Origin: Hemiscyllium ocellatum
Taxonomy: Eukaryota
Direction of reading: 5' to 3'
Assembly (NCBI RefSeq): GCF_020745735.1
Contig: NC_083413.1
Coordinates: forward strand, 20,274,001 to 20,338,000
Length of the DNA: 64,000 bases
The translations under genes and the position numbers were made by a program. Under the pieces are notes generated by a model that did not search any database, was not told the DNA's origin, and was given only the letters and a program-made list of their open reading frames with translations. Positions 61,663-64,000 of this stretch are shown piece after piece (within the stretch, counting starts at the first letter, position 1; each line of letters begins with the position of its first letter).

Positions 61663-61794
61663 TTCTGAATTTCCTTTTTTTCATGTCCGCGAAATGCTCC
61701 ATCTGGAGATTTTCGTTCCAATATTAACATTCCTTCTTGATTAAATAATTTGCATCTACTTTCGATACATTCGTTACTTTCGATACATTCATAC

Positions 61795-62030
61795 AGGCGA
61801 CTGACTGTGTGGAGATTGCATGTTCTCCCCGTGTCTGCGTGGGTTTCCTCCGGGTGCTCCGGTTTCCTCCCACAGTCCAAAGATGTCCGGGTCAGGTGAA
61901 TTGGCCATGCTAAATTGCCCGTAGTGTTAAGTAAGGGGTAAATGTAGGGGTATGGGTGGGTTGCGCTTCGGCGGGTCGGTGCGGACTTGGGCCGAAGGGC
62001 CTGTTTCCACACTGTAAGTAATCTAATCTA
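61795..62030 (+). mobile_element. HE1-like V-SINE in the 3'UTR of gene D
   Basis: V-core plus (TCTAA) tail; near-identical to 12799-13035; AATAAA immediately downstream (62036-62041). Confidence 0.87.
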
Positions 62031-62519
62031 AAAAAAATAAATTTTTTTCTGATTTTGTGTGAAGTTTCTTGTTATTCTTGAAGAGTATTTTATAGTCCAT
62101 TTTGGAACATTTGTTCGTCTGGATTTGAATTCCATGCACAGCCTTTGCTGATATTCATTAAATACAAACCGAAATAACTGCAGGCGCTAGACATCAGAAA
62201 CCAAAATAGAATTGCAGCAACAACTCAGTAGGTCAGGTGGACAGAAATCAGAGTTAACATGTAAGATTCATTGACGCTTCCTCCAAATTGTGCTGATCCG
62301 AATTGTTATCTTTGATATCCCTGCACAGATGGTGCAACACCTGCTGTATTTTGCACGGATTTTTTTTTTGTTTTTGTTGACCTTGCATAAAGTTGTTCCT
62401 TCAATTTATTCCTTTTAGTTTATTCCTATTCATTAGCTCTTGGGCTGGGCTAATGTTCTTCTCATTCCGTTCATTTGCTATTTGTAGATGCGCATTCCCC
62501 ATGTACAACCGAGTTGTTA

Positions 62520-64000
62520 TTCCAGAATGAAATAAAGAACCGCAGAAGGCGCAGATCTGAAACAGAAACAGTGTTGGAGAAACTCAGCAGGACTGGCAAT
62601 CTCTCTGGGAAGCATATAGCGTGAAAGTTTAAACTTCATTTGACTCTTCATCGGAACTAATAGTAGCTAGGAACAGTTGGGATTTATGTCGAAGTCGAAA
62701 TGGGGGAGAGGTTGATGGATCAGTAAATAAAGAGATAATGGATAACAGGCCACCACAGAAAAAAAGCTGAATAAAAAATCAAAAGAACTCAGCTTGAGAA
62801 AATAGTTGATATGCACTGAATGCACACATAGTATGTGATAATGGCCTGGAAGTAGGTGAGAATAGGTAATAGTGCTAAAATCAAGGCATTTCAGAGCATG
62901 ACTCGCTGTAAAGGAGGTAGAAATGATGGAAAGATGTAATCATGGTCATTAGTCATTGAACTTGATGTCGAGACCTGAAGGCTGTGGTGTCTTCAAGCAA
63001 AAAATGCAAGCTTACTTTGGGGATCTCTTGAACGCTGCAGTGGATGTATGAGAGAGGCGTTGGCGTGGAACACATTAGTATGTTTGAGTAGCTGTCTCAT
63101 TCTCCTAGTTTCTCCATTGCACGCATTCTGCTAATGCTATCTTCAACAACTCTACCTCAGAAATGTTCACTCATTCGTTCAATCGAGAATTCCTGTCACC
63201 AAGGTTGACAGGGCCTCGAGTCGTGTTCGACCCATCACCTAGACCTTGGCCCTCACTCCTTTCCTTCTGTTTACCTCCTCTCTAATCACCATCCAAGACC
63301 CGAGACAAAACTACGAGGTGAAGCAGTGATCGTATGTACTTCAGTTAATCTAGACCACCATAGTTGCTGGTCACAATGTGATCTTCCACAGTGAGGAATC
63401 ATGCCACAGACTGTTTGACTGATCTGCAGAGCACCTCTGCTCTAGCCATAACAATAACTCTGCCAGTGCAACACACCGTGTAACCATGCAAACACACTGT
63501 TGCAGGGATGTTGCAATATTCCAAAGTGCTTGACTGCAACCTTTGAAGAACAACATCTAATTTTTGGCTTGCGGGTATCCCTACAGTCTCTATGACTTAA
63601 CATTGGGTTCAATAACTTTAGAACCTGATTAAATCCTTCCATGTTCATTACCCAGCCCACATCTAGTCCTGTTAGGAAATGGGCTGCTTTCAGCAGAGTC
63701 GTCCATTCACTGCTACTTCTGACCCTTTATCACGTTACATGTGTTGCACTATTAACTGATTTGCTTACTCTTAGCTCTTCTTGTCTTTTATTCAGCTTTT
63801 CCTCTTTTCTGGCCTGCAATTCATTATCTCTTTGCCTACATACTCCTTCCACTGCTCTTTCTCTCTGAGCTGTGTGTCCACTTATCCACCCAACAATCCT
63901 TCTCCACCTCTCCACCCCCTTGTCCCACATTGGTTTCAGCATAGATACTAGGTTTTTTTCCTACTTACTAACGGTTGTGATGAAGAGTCAACAATCTCAA
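62520..64000. mobile_element. Ancient PLE relic, paralogous to 26390-28150
   Basis: Collinear similarity with the downstream flank of gene B. Confidence 0.55.

Noticed and set aside
1-64000. CRISPR arrays, rRNA or prokaryotic-type systems
   Set aside because: No regularly spaced short repeats or operon-like ORFs; the sequence is clearly intron-containing vertebrate DNA.

Overview
Vertebrate genomic DNA, almost certainly a shark (HE1/V-SINE-type SINEs, abundant CR1 LINEs, Penelope-like elements; species not determinable from the sequence). The window holds a tandem cluster of vomeronasal type-2 / OlfC (CaSR-like class C GPCR) genes on the + strand. There are three intact six-exon genes (B 9324-20641, C 31239-45252, D 51923-61662) with identical exon sizes 209/292/834/228/124/908 nt, giving 864 aa each. 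There is also a doubly truncated 7TM-exon fragment (~383-799) and an orphan 3'UTR copy (~28290-28690). Intergenic and intronic DNA is mostly repeats: CR1 LINEs (often nested), V-SINEs, a degenerate Gmr1-type Ty3/gypsy LTR element with integrase upstream of RT, a solo LTR, and many Penelope-like elements (PLEs). Main observations: (1) PLE termini carry minimal hammerhead-ribozyme motifs (CTGANGA-stem II-GAAA-palindrome-TH) of at least three families, including a near unit-length circularly permuted PLE with the ribozyme at its internal junction and a ~114-bp-arm hairpin with a ribozyme motif in each arm; (2) the TATA-containing core promoter of all three receptor genes looks like an exapted Deu-SINE/L2-type 3' tail; (3) 7TM exons are homogenised while introns are diverged, suggesting gene conversion. 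Repeat boundaries were placed by eye and are approximate.
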